From positions 2,105-66,104 of the forward strand of contig WRFD01000001.1 in assembly GCA_009778955.1 (NCBI GenBank): 64,000 nucleotides of DNA, read 5' to 3'. This document shows positions 35,719 to 46,506 of the stretch, piece after piece; position 1 is the stretch's first letter, and each line of letters opens with the position of its first letter. Position numbers and translations under genes: made by a program. This DNA comes from Desulfobulbus sp. (lineage in GTDB: Bacteria > Desulfobacterota > Desulfobulbia > Desulfobulbales > Desulfobulbaceae). The notes under the pieces were generated by a model. That model made no database searches. It was not told the origin of the DNA and worked only from the letters and a program-made list of their open reading frames with translations.

Positions 35719-37590
35719 TCACAGGGAATCTTTCGCATTGGGATCCGCCAGATTTTGTTGATCGACCGTTTGCACGAACCTTACGATCCTTTCAACTTTG
35801 ACATGCTGATTGGCCGTTGTCATGCCATTCTTGCCTTCAGGCATCTGGATGGCCGATTCCAACCGGGAAGGGGGTGCGTTGAGCGCGGCGAGAATGCCTT
35901 CGTCGCGGTTGTAGAGGTCGGGTTTGAACATCACCTTGCCGTCACGGACATTGGTGGTCCAATACATCAGGTAAATCGGCAACGGTTGTTTGAGAATCAC
36001 CGTGGTGGTCTTGCCCGAAGCCAGGATTTGGTCCATTTTTTCGACCGTGATTGGATTGCCTGGGTCGTTGGCGAGAATCAACCGGGCCAGTTCGAGGGGA
36101 TTCTGGACCCGGATACAGCCGTGGCTGAAGGCCCTCTGGGTACGACCGAACAATGATTTGCTCGGTGTGTCGTGGAGATAGACATGATATGGGTTAGGAA
36201 ACAGAAACTTTATAACTCCCAAGGAATTGTCTGTTCCCGGATCCTGCCGCAGGGTATAGGGAAGGTATTTTCCCTGATACTGATGCCAGCGGATGGTTTG
36301 GGGATTGACCTCGCTGCCGCTGCTGTCAAAGATGCGCAGTCGCTGTTTGGCAAGGTACTCCGGATCCTTGACGATGCTGGGCACGGTTTCGTTCTTGACG
36401 ATATCCGGGGTGGGCGTCCAGGTCGGATTAAGCACGATGTAGGTGATCGCCGAGCGGAAAACGGGCGTTTGGTGATATGGCTGACCGACCATGACCTTGG
36501 CGTTCCACACCGGCTGGTTGTCGTGGTAATACTGCAGGGCAAAGCCAGCAATGTCGATGATGATGCTGGAACTGGGCATGTCGTGGACCACCCAGCGTGT
36601 CCGTTCAAGGTTCACCCGGATCTGGTTGATCCGGTCGGTCACGCTAATGTTCATGGCGCTCACCGTGCTCTTGCCGATCACACCATCGGGTTCGACATGG
36701 TGCCGGGCCTGGAAGGCCTTGACCGCTGTCTTCAACTGGTCGTCGTACAGGTTCGATTCACCCCCTTTGGAGTGATACTCGCCGGTCGAAGCCAGGCGGC
36801 TCCGGATGGCCGTGACCCGCTGGTCGACCTCGCCCGGCTTGAGGCTCGGTCCCTGCGGAACAGAACGCCATCCTCCCTTGGCAGCGTACTTCTTGTACTG
36901 GCTTAAGGCTTCCTTGAGGTTGAGATAGGAAGGATGATGGGGGGACAACTTGTCCAAGGTGACCCGCACAGTCCCGGTGCGGATGGCGCCCAAATAGGCG
37001 TCGATGGGCGAGGGCCGGGGTGTGGTGGCGGCGAGGTTCTGTTTTTCCTCGACTTTGGCCGGGTCGACCTTGCCATACCGTTTATGCTGTCCCAACAAAA
37101 CCATGGCATCGGAAAGCAGGATGTCGTACTCCACCTTCCTGGTCATGGTCCCCTCATGGTCCCGCAGTTCGTTCCAATAATGGGTCAGGGCCTTGAGGTG
37201 ATAATCGTCAGGGGTCAACCCTTCTTCGGCGCTCGCAACGATGGCGCCCATCAACTGGGCGATGTTGTCCTGGTTGTCCCAAAGAAGATCGAACTGGTTT
37301 TTTCTATATAAATCCAGGAGATAGCTTGATGCGTAGACCGGCTCCCTTGCGATGCTGCCCGATACCTCGAAATACAACTGCTCAAGCTGTTGCTGGAGCT
37401 GCAACTGTTGTTGTTCCCGCTCGTGATTGACCATATCCGGCTGCTGGCTCTCCAGCTGTGCAGGAGGCGGCGACTGAGGGAGCAGAGAATCGCTTTCGGC
37501 TAAGGCGTGGGGAACGAAAAACAGAGACAAGAAGGCCAGGATTCCGGGCAGCGCGAAGCCGGAACAATGCAATCGACAATGATCGGACAT
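35719..37590 (-). CDS. L,D-transpeptidase with peptidoglycan-binding domain (YcbB/LdtD-like)
   Basis: 623 aa with a signal peptide, a PG-binding repeat (LKTAVKAFQARHHVEPDGVIG) and the YkuD catalytic motif HGCIRV. Confidence 0.85.
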   Translation of the reverse strand: MSDHCRLHCSGFALPGILAFLSLFFVPHALAESDSLLPQSPPPAQLESQQPDMVNHEREQQQLQLQQQLEQLYFEVSGSIAREPVYASSYLLDLYRKNQFDLLWDNQDNIAQLMGAIVASAEEGLTPDDYHLKALTHYWNELRDHEGTMTRKVEYDILLSDAMVLLGQHKRYGKVDPAKVEEKQNLAATTPRPSPIDAYLGAIRTGTVRVTLDKLSPHHPSYLNLKEALSQYKKYAAKGGWRSVPQGPSLKPGEVDQRVTAIRSRLASTGEYHSKGGESNLYDDQLKTAVKAFQARHHVEPDGVIGKSTVSAMNISVTDRINQIRVNLERTRWVVHDMPSSSIIIDIAGFALQYYHDNQPVWNAKVMVGQPYHQTPVFRSAITYIVLNPTWTPTPDIVKNETVPSIVKDPEYLAKQRLRIFDSSGSEVNPQTIRWHQYQGKYLPYTLRQDPGTDNSLGVIKFLFPNPYHVYLHDTPSKSLFGRTQRAFSHGCIRVQNPLELARLILANDPGNPITVEKMDQILASGKTTTVILKQPLPIYLMYWTTNVRDGKVMFKPDLYNRDEGILAALNAPPSRLESAIQMPEGKNGMTTANQHVKVERIVRFVQTVDQQNLADPNAKDSL

Positions 37591-37895
37591 GGAACGGTTT
37601 TCCTGAGCACAGGCTGACTTCTTCGGATGGAATCAGGTTGAGATTGATTGGGTTTCTGCACTTGCGAACGATACTCTCTCTTACGTAAAATTTACGCTAT
37701 TGACAAGCTGTTAAACCCGCCATTTAGGAAAAATCGACAGGTTGATCCAAAATTGGCTGGTATGCTATTTTTCGGCTCTTTGGTCTGATATTTCATCCGG
37801 CAGCAACCGGCACGGTGCTCGTGAGCCGCTTCTTGTTTGACCGCTCCGGCAAGCCTGTGCTATCTTTTGGGAGAACGTTCACAAGGAGCCTGCCT

Positions 37896-38363
37896 ATGCC
37901 CCCCCTGCCTGTCTTTTCCCCTGTTTTGATTTGGTTCCTCGCTGGCATTGTCTTTCTGGCACTGGAACTGGCGCTTCCCGGCCTGGTGGTCTTCTTTTTC
38001 GGGGTCGGCGCCTGGTGCGCCGCCCTTGCCTTCGCGCTATATCCTGTTCCGCTTGCCGGCCAGTTCATGGTGTTTCTGGCGGCAAGCCTCCTGTCGCTTT
38101 TGCTGTTTCGCTCTACCTTCAAAAAGGTCTTTCTCGGTCGGAAGCTCGACACCGACGCCATGGAAGGTGGCATGTCGCCTGGATCCACCGGCGAAGTGAT
38201 TGCCGATATCCTGCCGCCTGCGCTGGGCACGGTCAAGTACGCCGGCTCGTTCTGGAAGGCCACGGCGGATGTGCCCTTGGTCAAGGGAACCGTGGTGCGG
38301 ATTGTCGAAAAAATAAACCTGACCGTCAAGGTCAGCCCGGTACTACCGGAAGGAGACTCCTGA
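37896..38363 (+). CDS. NfeD-family membrane protein
   Basis: Two or three TM segments plus a C-terminal OB-fold pattern (GTVKYAGSFWKATAD...GTVVRIVE). AAGGAG RBS. Its stop overlaps the start of the SPFH gene. Confidence 0.8.
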   Translation: MPPLPVFSPVLIWFLAGIVFLALELALPGLVVFFFGVGAWCAALAFALYPVPLAGQFMVFLAASLLSLLLFRSTFKKVFLGRKLDTDAMEGGMSPGSTGEVIADILPPALGTVKYAGSFWKATADVPLVKGTVVRIVEKINLTVKVSPVLPEGDS

Positions 38364-39301
38364 TGGATAGCTTATTGATCGGCGTTCTGGTGTTTGCTGT
38401 CTTTGTCATTGCCATTCTGATCAAGAGCGCGGTGGTGGTTGATCAGCAGTATGAATATGTAGTCGAACGGCTGGGTAAGTTCCGCAGCACCTTGGAGGCC
38501 GGATTTCATATCCTCATCCCTTTTTTCGACAAGGTGGCCTATAAAAGGAGCCTCAAAGAACAATCCATCGATATTCCAGCCCAGACCTGCATCACCGCCG
38601 ACAACGTAACCATGGAAATAGACGGTTGCCTCTACCTCCAAGTGGTCAACTCGCGGCTTTCCGCCTATGGCATCGACAACTACCATTACGCCGTCGCCCA
38701 ACTGGCCCAGACCAGCCTGCGCTCGGCCATCGGCAAGATTACCCTAGACAATACCTTCGAGGCCCGCGAGATTTTGAATCGACATGTGGTTGAAGCCCTT
38801 GACGAGGCCTCTCAGAACTGGGGAGTCAAGGTGCTGCGCTACGAAATCAAAGATATCCAGCCGCCGCGCAGTGTGCTTGAGGCCATGGAAAAACAGATGA
38901 GGGCCGAACGGGAAAAGCGAGCCGAGATCGCCAAGTCGGAAGGCGAGCGGCAGGCACTGATCAACCGGGCCGATGGTGAGCGGGCCGAGGCCATCGCGCT
39001 TTCCGAGGGAGAGAAGATGCGGCGGATCAACGAGGCCGAGGGCCATGCCCAAGAGATTCTCAAGGTGGCTGAGGCGACCGCCGAAGGCATCCGGAAGGTG
39101 GCCGAGGCCTTGAGTGCGCCCGGAGGCCAGGATGCGGCCAACTTGGAAGTGGCAAAAAAATACCTTGATCAGTTCGGCAAACTAGCCAAAGAAAACAACA
39201 CCATGATCCTGCCTGCCAACCTGGCCGATGTCTCCTCCATGGTGGCAACGGTCATGACCACCTTGGATCACACGAAAAAAATTGAGCAAACCGCGAGATA
39301 A
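38363..39301 (+). CDS. SPFH/band-7 (stomatin/flotillin-like) protein
   Basis: N-terminal TM segment, then VVERLGKF...IPFFDKV...IDIPAQTCITADNV...LRYEIKDIQPP and a coiled-coil tail. Canonical NfeD-SPFH pair. Confidence 0.9.
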   Translation: MDSLLIGVLVFAVFVIAILIKSAVVVDQQYEYVVERLGKFRSTLEAGFHILIPFFDKVAYKRSLKEQSIDIPAQTCITADNVTMEIDGCLYLQVVNSRLSAYGIDNYHYAVAQLAQTSLRSAIGKITLDNTFEAREILNRHVVEALDEASQNWGVKVLRYEIKDIQPPRSVLEAMEKQMRAEREKRAEIAKSEGERQALINRADGERAEAIALSEGEKMRRINEAEGHAQEILKVAEATAEGIRKVAEALSAPGGQDAANLEVAKKYLDQFGKLAKENNTMILPANLADVSSMVATVMTTLDHTKKIEQTAR

Positions 39302-39310
39302 ACCGTGCTT

Positions 39311-39354
39311 GCCATCCGGAAGACAGGGAGGGCGTCAGGCTGTGTCCGGATGGC
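39311..39354. repeat. Perfect 10-bp inverted repeat GCCATCCGGA / TCCGGATGGC with a 24-nt spacer
   Basis: Seen directly 10 nt after the SPFH stop, at the edge of the IS1634 ghost. No T-run follows. Confidence 0.6.
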
Positions 39355-39439
39355 CAGAAGCTGCGGACTCCATTCTGGTCAAGAACGATGCTGACGATAG
39401 AGGAACTGATGCGTCTCATTCTGAAGCGATGGCAACCTT

Positions 39440-40048
39440 GGAGAAGGTAACCCGGAGGGGAGGACGCAATGCCAATGCATAAGACGTGGCTAGCATTGCT
39501 ACTGATTGCAATTTGCGGTAACGCGCACTGCGCTCTCCCCCTCCCTCTGTTGCTGGTATTTGCCCTTGAACACCTCCGCCGAGATCAGACAACCATCGGC
39601 ATTGCAAATCAGGCCAAAGACAATCTGGGCTCATCACGCTTGCCGTCACGCGAGTAGCCCTAGGCGGCCACAGCTCGCAGCAATGTCCGGTCAGCCAGGT
39701 TGAGCTCAGGTCATAGAGCGCAATTGTGCCGCCAGCCGGATGCCGGTGCGCCAGACGCTGCTCAATCTGCGGCTGCGCCTGATGTAACCAGTCCAGCGCC
39801 CGGTGCAGATCTTCAGCGCGACGCTCTCCCAAGCCCAGCACCGCGGCCACATGGCCGTGCGGCAGGCTGCGCTCAATAACGAATACCTCCTCGGGACTAC
39901 TGATGGCCACTCCTCCTTTCAGGAGCACCTTCAGTCCTTCGATGACAGAGGGTCTCAAGGCTGAAAGGTTGGCCAGAGTGCGTTTGCGGGTCTTGCCGTC
40001 CTCGCGCCAGGATTCTGCCCCTGTCTTAATTCTGCGTGTTGCGTGCAC
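39440..40048 (-). pseudogene. IS1634-family transposase ghost, N-terminal half (internal deletion and frameshifts)
   Basis: ...SWREDGKTRKRTLANLSALRPSVIEGLKVLLKGG...FVIERSLPHGHVAAVLG...LDWLHQAQPQIEQRLAHRH...ALYDLSSTWLTGHCCEL, then in other frames GYSRDGKRDE.QIVFGLICNADGCLISAEVFKG. From memory this matches the same IS1634 subgroup as the fragment at 19.9 kb. Confidence 0.65.
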
Positions 40049-40364
40049 ATTTTAGTGCAATGCCGTAGGTTTTATCGTTCAATTTCAGGGTGTTGGTGAT
40101 TTGGGCGCAGTAAAAATCTCAAAACTTGTGGTTACGCGCTAGTTTAAAATGTGACTGTAGCGCTATGCAACCAGGTTCAAGGTGAAGAGACCAATGAACA
40201 AGAAAAGCCTTTTTGATGCCTGATCCCGATGATCCTGCAGCTGGTAGGCCGCCTTTGGGTTCCACAGAGCTGCTGCCGGGGGTTATGATACTGCCCTTCA
40301 ATGGGGCAAATTATTGATTGCCAACTGGCTCGCCCTGGAAGAACACTCTTTTCGGGGCCTTTTT

Positions 40365-41966
<1,602 letters not shown>

Positions 41967-41986
41967 AGGTTACGAATTCCAGTCCA

Positions 41987-42002
41987 TGTTTCACGTGAAA
42001 CA
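41987..42002. other. parS: parS centromere-like site
   Basis: TGTTTCACGTGAAACA is the consensus 16-bp parS palindrome. It extends to a perfect 20-bp palindrome CATGTTTCACGTGAAACATG (41985-42004), 105 nt upstream of the parA start. Confidence 0.85.
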
Positions 42003-42106
42003 TGGGTAAATGTGATTGGGGAAAAGAGAAATGTTCTCTGGGCGGCAAGAGTATAGTATACTCGTCGAATGTTTCATCAATAAAGCATTATCGGGGGATA
42101 TTTCTA

Positions 42107-42886
42107 GTGGATACACGAATCATTGCGCTGGCGAACCAGAAAGGCGGGGTCGGCAAAACCACCACCGCATTGAATTTGGCCGCTGTCCTGGCTGCAAAGG
42201 GCAAAAAGGTGCTGTTGGTCGATTCCGATCCCCAGAGCAATGCCTCCAGCGGTTTGGGAGTGCGGGCAGCCAGCGGCGACAAAAACATCTACAACTGCTA
42301 TATCGGCGCCAAAGAGATTGCCGATTGCATCCTGCCCGTCAAGCAGAAGAACCTTTCTGTGCTGCCTGGTTCCATCGATCTGGTGGGGGTCGAGATCGAA
42401 CTGGTCAATCAGGAGAGCCGGGAAAAACGACTGAAGGCGGTTCTGCGACCGGTGAAGGATCTGTTTCACTATATCCTCATCGATTGTCCCCCGTCCTTGG
42501 GACTGATCACCATCAACAGTCTGACCGCCGCTGACTCGGTGCTGATCCCGCTGCAATGCGAGTATTTTGCCCTGGAGGGTTTGGCCTTGCTGGTGCAGAC
42601 CATCCGCAAGGTGAAAAAGAGCCTGAATCGCGAATTGTACATTGAAGGCCTGCTCCTGACCATGTATGACCGCCGCAACCGGTTGACCCACTCTGTGGCC
42701 AGAGAGATCCAGAAACACTTCGGCGACCAGGTCTACCGGACGGTGATCCCACGGAATGTGCGATTGAGCGAGAGCCCGAGCCATGGCCAGACTATTCTCG
42801 AATACGATGCGGCCAGCAGCGGCGCCAAGGCCTATCAGCAACTGGGCGCGGAATTTCTCAAGAGAGCCAATGGGACGAGGGGATAA
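42107..42886 (+). CDS. parA: Chromosome partitioning ATPase ParA/Soj
   Basis: GTG start with a GGGGGA RBS. IALANQKGGVGKTTTALNLAA deviant Walker A, and PRNVRLSESPSHG. Confidence 0.9.
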   Translation: MDTRIIALANQKGGVGKTTTALNLAAVLAAKGKKVLLVDSDPQSNASSGLGVRAASGDKNIYNCYIGAKEIADCILPVKQKNLSVLPGSIDLVGVEIELVNQESREKRLKAVLRPVKDLFHYILIDCPPSLGLITINSLTAADSVLIPLQCEYFALEGLALLVQTIRKVKKSLNRELYIEGLLLTMYDRRNRLTHSVAREIQKHFGDQVYRTVIPRNVRLSESPSHGQTILEYDAASSGAKAYQQLGAEFLKRANGTRG

Positions 42887-42887
42887 G

Positions 42888-43754
42888 ATGGCAAAGAATG
42901 TCTTGGGGCGTGGCGTGGGAGCCTTGCTTCCGGAGGAAAGCCTGGAAGAGGGTGATCGATTTTTTATGTGTGATATCGAGAAGATATCTGCAAATCCCCA
43001 GCAGCCGCGCAGCCATTTCGATGCGGAAAAAATGCAGCAGTTGGCCGATTCCATCCGTGACAAGGGGGTGATTCAGCCGCTGTTGGTCAGCCGCAGCAAC
43101 GAGAATCGCTATGTCCTGATTGCTGGCGAACGGCGGTTGCGCGCCGCCAAAATGGCGGGCCGTGACGAGGTGCCGGTGGTGGTGATGGATCAGGCCGGCG
43201 ACCGGGAAAGCTTGGAGCTGGCGCTGATCGAGAACATCCAGCGCCACGATCTCAACCCCATCGAAGAGGCCCTGGCCTATAGCCGCCTGATGGATGAATT
43301 CCACCTCACCCAGGAAGAGGTTGCCCGCAAAGTTGGCCGGCAGCGGTCGACCATCACCAATGTCCTGCGGTTGCTGCAGTTGCCGGAAACGGTGCGGCAG
43401 GATGTGGTTTCGGGGGCGATCAGCGAGGGCCATGCCCGGGTGTTGCTGCGGCTCAAGGATCAGCCGGAGCGCCTGCGGGAGGTGCGCGACCGGATCGTCC
43501 ACCAGGGCTTGTCGGTGCGGGCCGCCGAGCGCTTGTGCGCTGCTCGGCCTGCGGAGCCGGCGACCGGGCAGGCCGAGTCCGCCCAACCCGAGGGGGAGCT
43601 GTCGCCATCGTATTGCGCCGCTCTGGTCAACCAACTGACCAACCAACTGCACACCAAGGTGCGGATCGTCCAGCAGGGAGGCCGGGGACGGCTTGAGATC
43701 GAGTACTACTCCAGCGACGATCTCAACCGATTGATCGGCCTGCTGGTCAGATAG
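42888..43754 (+). CDS. parB: Chromosome partitioning protein ParB/Spo0J
   Basis: LGRGVGALL, NPQQPRSHFD, GVIQPLLV, IAGERRLRAAK, ALIENIQR. Confidence 0.9.
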   Translation: MAKNVLGRGVGALLPEESLEEGDRFFMCDIEKISANPQQPRSHFDAEKMQQLADSIRDKGVIQPLLVSRSNENRYVLIAGERRLRAAKMAGRDEVPVVVMDQAGDRESLELALIENIQRHDLNPIEEALAYSRLMDEFHLTQEEVARKVGRQRSTITNVLRLLQLPETVRQDVVSGAISEGHARVLLRLKDQPERLREVRDRIVHQGLSVRAAERLCAARPAEPATGQAESAQPEGELSPSYCAALVNQLTNQLHTKVRIVQQGGRGRLEIEYYSSDDLNRLIGLLVR

Positions 43755-43760
43755 AAAGGT

Positions 43761-44765
43761 ATGTATTATACGGAAGAGGACATTGCCTCCGCCATTGAGG
43801 CCGGAATTTTTACCGAAGAGACGGCATCCGCCTTCCGGGATCATGTCGCCAAAGACAAAAAACGCCAAACACCGGTTGACGGGGAACGCTTCCGGCTGGT
43901 CACCGGCTTCAACGACATATTTGTCGCCATAGCCTGCCTGCTCGTTCTCGTCTCGGTGGGATGGATTGGCGCTGCTGCCGCACCCTGGATCGGCGCCATA
44001 GCGGTTTCGGCTGCGGCATGGTCCCTTGCCGAGTTTTTTGTTCGACAGAGGCGCATGGCGCTGCCGGCGATTGTCCTGTCCCTGGCCTTTATCGGCAGCA
44101 TCCCGTTGGGTTGGGCTCTGCTGGCGGAGGGGATCCGCAACGCATCCCTCGTGGCCACCTCCGCCTCGGCCTCCTTTGCCGCATGGCTGCATTGGCGCCG
44201 TTTTCGCGTCCCCATTACCATCGCTGCAGGAACTGGCACCGTGCTTGCCTGGGTTATCGCATTGCTCATCATGCGCTACCCGGAGGCCAAAAATTGGCTG
44301 ATCGCGCTAACCTTCATGGCTGGATTGACCGTCTTCGCTTTGGCATTGCGATGGGACGCAACAGATGTGGCGCGGCTGACCTGGCGTTCGGATGTCGCCT
44401 TTTGGCTGCACCTTCTGGCAGCGCCGCTTCTCGTCCATCCTCTGTTCACCTCTTTGGGCGTATTGAGCAGGCAAACAACGAGCATCGGGCAGGTGATCGC
44501 GGTTATGACGTTGTACATGGGCCTGGCGCTCATAGCGCTCTGCATTGATCGCAGGGCATTGATGGTTTCGGCATTGGCCTACGTGCTGTATGCCTTCAGC
44601 ACGCTGCTGAAGCAGCATGGGGTCGTCAGCCTGAATTTGGCTGTTGCCGCATTCGTCATTGGATCAGCCTTGCTGCTGCTCTCAGCCCTTTGGCACGACA
44701 GCCGCAGGCATGTGCTCAAGCTGTTGCCCTTGGCCGTGCGAAAGCGCTTTCCGCCGCTTCGATGA
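43761..44765 (+). CDS. Polytopic membrane protein of unknown function
   Basis: 334 aa with a ~55-aa soluble N-terminus followed by about 8 hydrophobic segments. Starts 6 nt after the parB stop. Confidence 0.6.
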   Translation: MYYTEEDIASAIEAGIFTEETASAFRDHVAKDKKRQTPVDGERFRLVTGFNDIFVAIACLLVLVSVGWIGAAAAPWIGAIAVSAAAWSLAEFFVRQRRMALPAIVLSLAFIGSIPLGWALLAEGIRNASLVATSASASFAAWLHWRRFRVPITIAAGTGTVLAWVIALLIMRYPEAKNWLIALTFMAGLTVFALALRWDATDVARLTWRSDVAFWLHLLAAPLLVHPLFTSLGVLSRQTTSIGQVIAVMTLYMGLALIALCIDRRALMVSALAYVLYAFSTLLKQHGVVSLNLAVAAFVIGSALLLLSALWHDSRRHVLKLLPLAVRKRFPPLR

Positions 44766-44790
44766 AATTTTCGCTCCAGGTTGCCGTCGC

Positions 44791-44985
44791 ATGATGCCGA
44801 ACCCAGACAACCGGCTCGCCCGCAAACCGTCCTTGACGGGTCATCCCACCCGCGCCCGCCGGGCGCCGCTGATCCTGCTGCTGGTCTTCCTATTTCTCCT
44901 GTTGGTCGGGATCGCGGTGGACGAACCGGCACGGGTGCTGGAGCAGTCCCTGTCCGTGTGTCTTTCCTGCATCGGCATCGGCTGA
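44791..44985 (+). CDS. Small single-TM CXXC miniprotein (CD1871A-like, from memory)
   Basis: 64 aa with one TM (APLILLLVFLFLLLVGIAV) and a C-terminus of ...VCLSCIGIG. Its stop lies 2 nt before the polyferredoxin ATG. Confidence 0.55.
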   Translation: MMPNPDNRLARKPSLTGHPTRARRAPLILLLVFLFLLLVGIAVDEPARVLEQSLSVCLSCIGIG

Positions 44986-44987
44986 GC

Positions 44988-45893
44988 ATGGAACGGTTGC
45001 GCCTTTGGGCCCAGGCCCTGTGGGTTTTCCTCAGCAACGGCTACTGGGCCTTTCCGGTGAGCGGCACCCTGTATCAGGGACCACTGAAGGTGCTCTGCTC
45101 TCCCGGCCTCAACTGTTACTCCTGTCCTGCGGCCACCGCCTTCTGCCCGATCGGCAGCCTGCAACAACTGCTTTTGGGGGTGCGGCTTGCGCTCCGGAGT
45201 GGACACCTCTACCTGGGCGCCTATGTCCTGGGCTGCATGGGCCTGATGGGCACTGTCTTTGGCCGGCTGATCTGCGGCTGGGCCTGTCCCTTCGGCCTGG
45301 TGCAGGAACTGCTGCACCGGATACCGTCACCCAAGGTGGCAGTCCCAGGGCTGTTTGTCTGGGGCAAATATCTGGTACTGCTGGTGCTGGTCGTGATTCT
45401 GCCCCTGACCGTGATCGACGATTTCGGCCTGGGGCTTCCCTGGTTCTGCAAATTCCTGTGCCCAGCCGGCACTCTGGAGGCCGGGATTCCCATGATGCTG
45501 CTGATGCCGGATCTGCGCTCGGGCGTGGGCGTTTTATATCTGTACAAGCTTAGCCTGCTGGCGCTGGTTCTTCTGTGGGCGATAGCCGCGTGCCGCCCCT
45601 TCTGCCGCACCCTGTGTCCGCTGGGCGCTTTTTACGGGCTGTTCAACCGGTTCAGCCTGATTCGGTTGAAATTTAATGCGGATAACTGTACAAAGTGTGG
45701 GGCCTGTCACCGGATCTGTCCCGTGGACATCCGGGTCGACCAGTCGCCGAACAGCGGAGAGTGCATCCGTTGCCTGCGCTGCTGCATTGAGGCCTGCCAG
45801 TTCGATGCGCTTTCCGTGGAGATAGCGGGGTATGCCTGGCGGACGCGGCCTGCCCCCTCCGATCAACCCCGCGCGCTAAACGGCTGTTCATGA
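44988..45893 (+). CDS. Membrane-bound 4Fe-4S polyferredoxin (NapH/MauN-like)
   Basis: CxxC pairs on TM loops (CYSCPAATAFCP, CGWACPFG, CKFLCPAG, CRTLCPLG) and a C-terminal 2x[4Fe-4S] motif (CTKCGACHRICP ... CIRCLRCCIEAC). Confidence 0.75.
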   Translation: MERLRLWAQALWVFLSNGYWAFPVSGTLYQGPLKVLCSPGLNCYSCPAATAFCPIGSLQQLLLGVRLALRSGHLYLGAYVLGCMGLMGTVFGRLICGWACPFGLVQELLHRIPSPKVAVPGLFVWGKYLVLLVLVVILPLTVIDDFGLGLPWFCKFLCPAGTLEAGIPMMLLMPDLRSGVGVLYLYKLSLLALVLLWAIAACRPFCRTLCPLGAFYGLFNRFSLIRLKFNADNCTKCGACHRICPVDIRVDQSPNSGECIRCLRCCIEACQFDALSVEIAGYAWRTRPAPSDQPRALNGCS

Positions 45894-46351
45894 ACACGCG
45901 AACACTCCTGTCGGCGTACGCCCTCTCTGTCCTGCTGTTGGCCCGGACGGCCATGGCTGGGGAGGTGGTGGCCATTGCCGGCAATGACATCAACATGCGC
46001 TCCGGTCCGAGCACAGGGTCCCCGATCCTATGGAAGCTCGACTCAGGCTTTCCGCTCGAATTGATCGCCACCAAGGGTGAATGGCTCCAGGTCAGGGATT
46101 TCGAGGGCAGTAGCGGGTGGGTGCACAAAAAGACGACGCAAAAAGGTGCGTTTGCGATTGTCAAGGCCAACAAAGGGACCGACGGACAGATCAATGTCCG
46201 CCAAGAACCGGACCTGAACGCCGATGTCGTCGCCAAAGCCAGCTACGGCGTGGTGTTTAAAGTCCTGCAGAAACAGGGTGGCTGGGCCAAAGTCGAGCAT
46301 GTCCAGGGGGTGACTGGGTGGGTGGACAGCCGCCTGCTCTGGGGTCTGTAG
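45890..46351 (+). CDS. Secreted protein with two bacterial SH3 domains
   Basis: Signal peptide MNTRTLLSAYALSVLLLARTAMA, then two repeats of INMRSGPS...W.V....G.GWV. ATGA overlap with the upstream gene. Confidence 0.7.
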   Translation: MNTRTLLSAYALSVLLLARTAMAGEVVAIAGNDINMRSGPSTGSPILWKLDSGFPLELIATKGEWLQVRDFEGSSGWVHKKTTQKGAFAIVKANKGTDGQINVRQEPDLNADVVAKASYGVVFKVLQKQGGWAKVEHVQGVTGWVDSRLLWGL

Positions 46352-46506
46352 GACAAAAAAACAAGAAAGACTGAAGCCGCTTTTTCGCCCGGCGACGGCT
46401 GAACACCCGGCCGTTTGCCGCCGCTGTCCTGTCGCTTTGCGCCGTTTCCGCACTGCTGGGTTGCGAGGCATTTCACCTTATGTACGACGTAACCCGATCA
46501 TTGCCC

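Noticed and set aside
40211-40310. Possible continuation of the truncated methylase (a DPxAG...PLGS peptide resembling the DPFAGGGSIPLEA SAM-binding motif) next to the IS1634 N-terminal ghost.
   Set aside because: The match needs gaps, covers under 15 residues, lies in a 30-codon ORF, and depends on the speculative inversion model. This is too weak to report.
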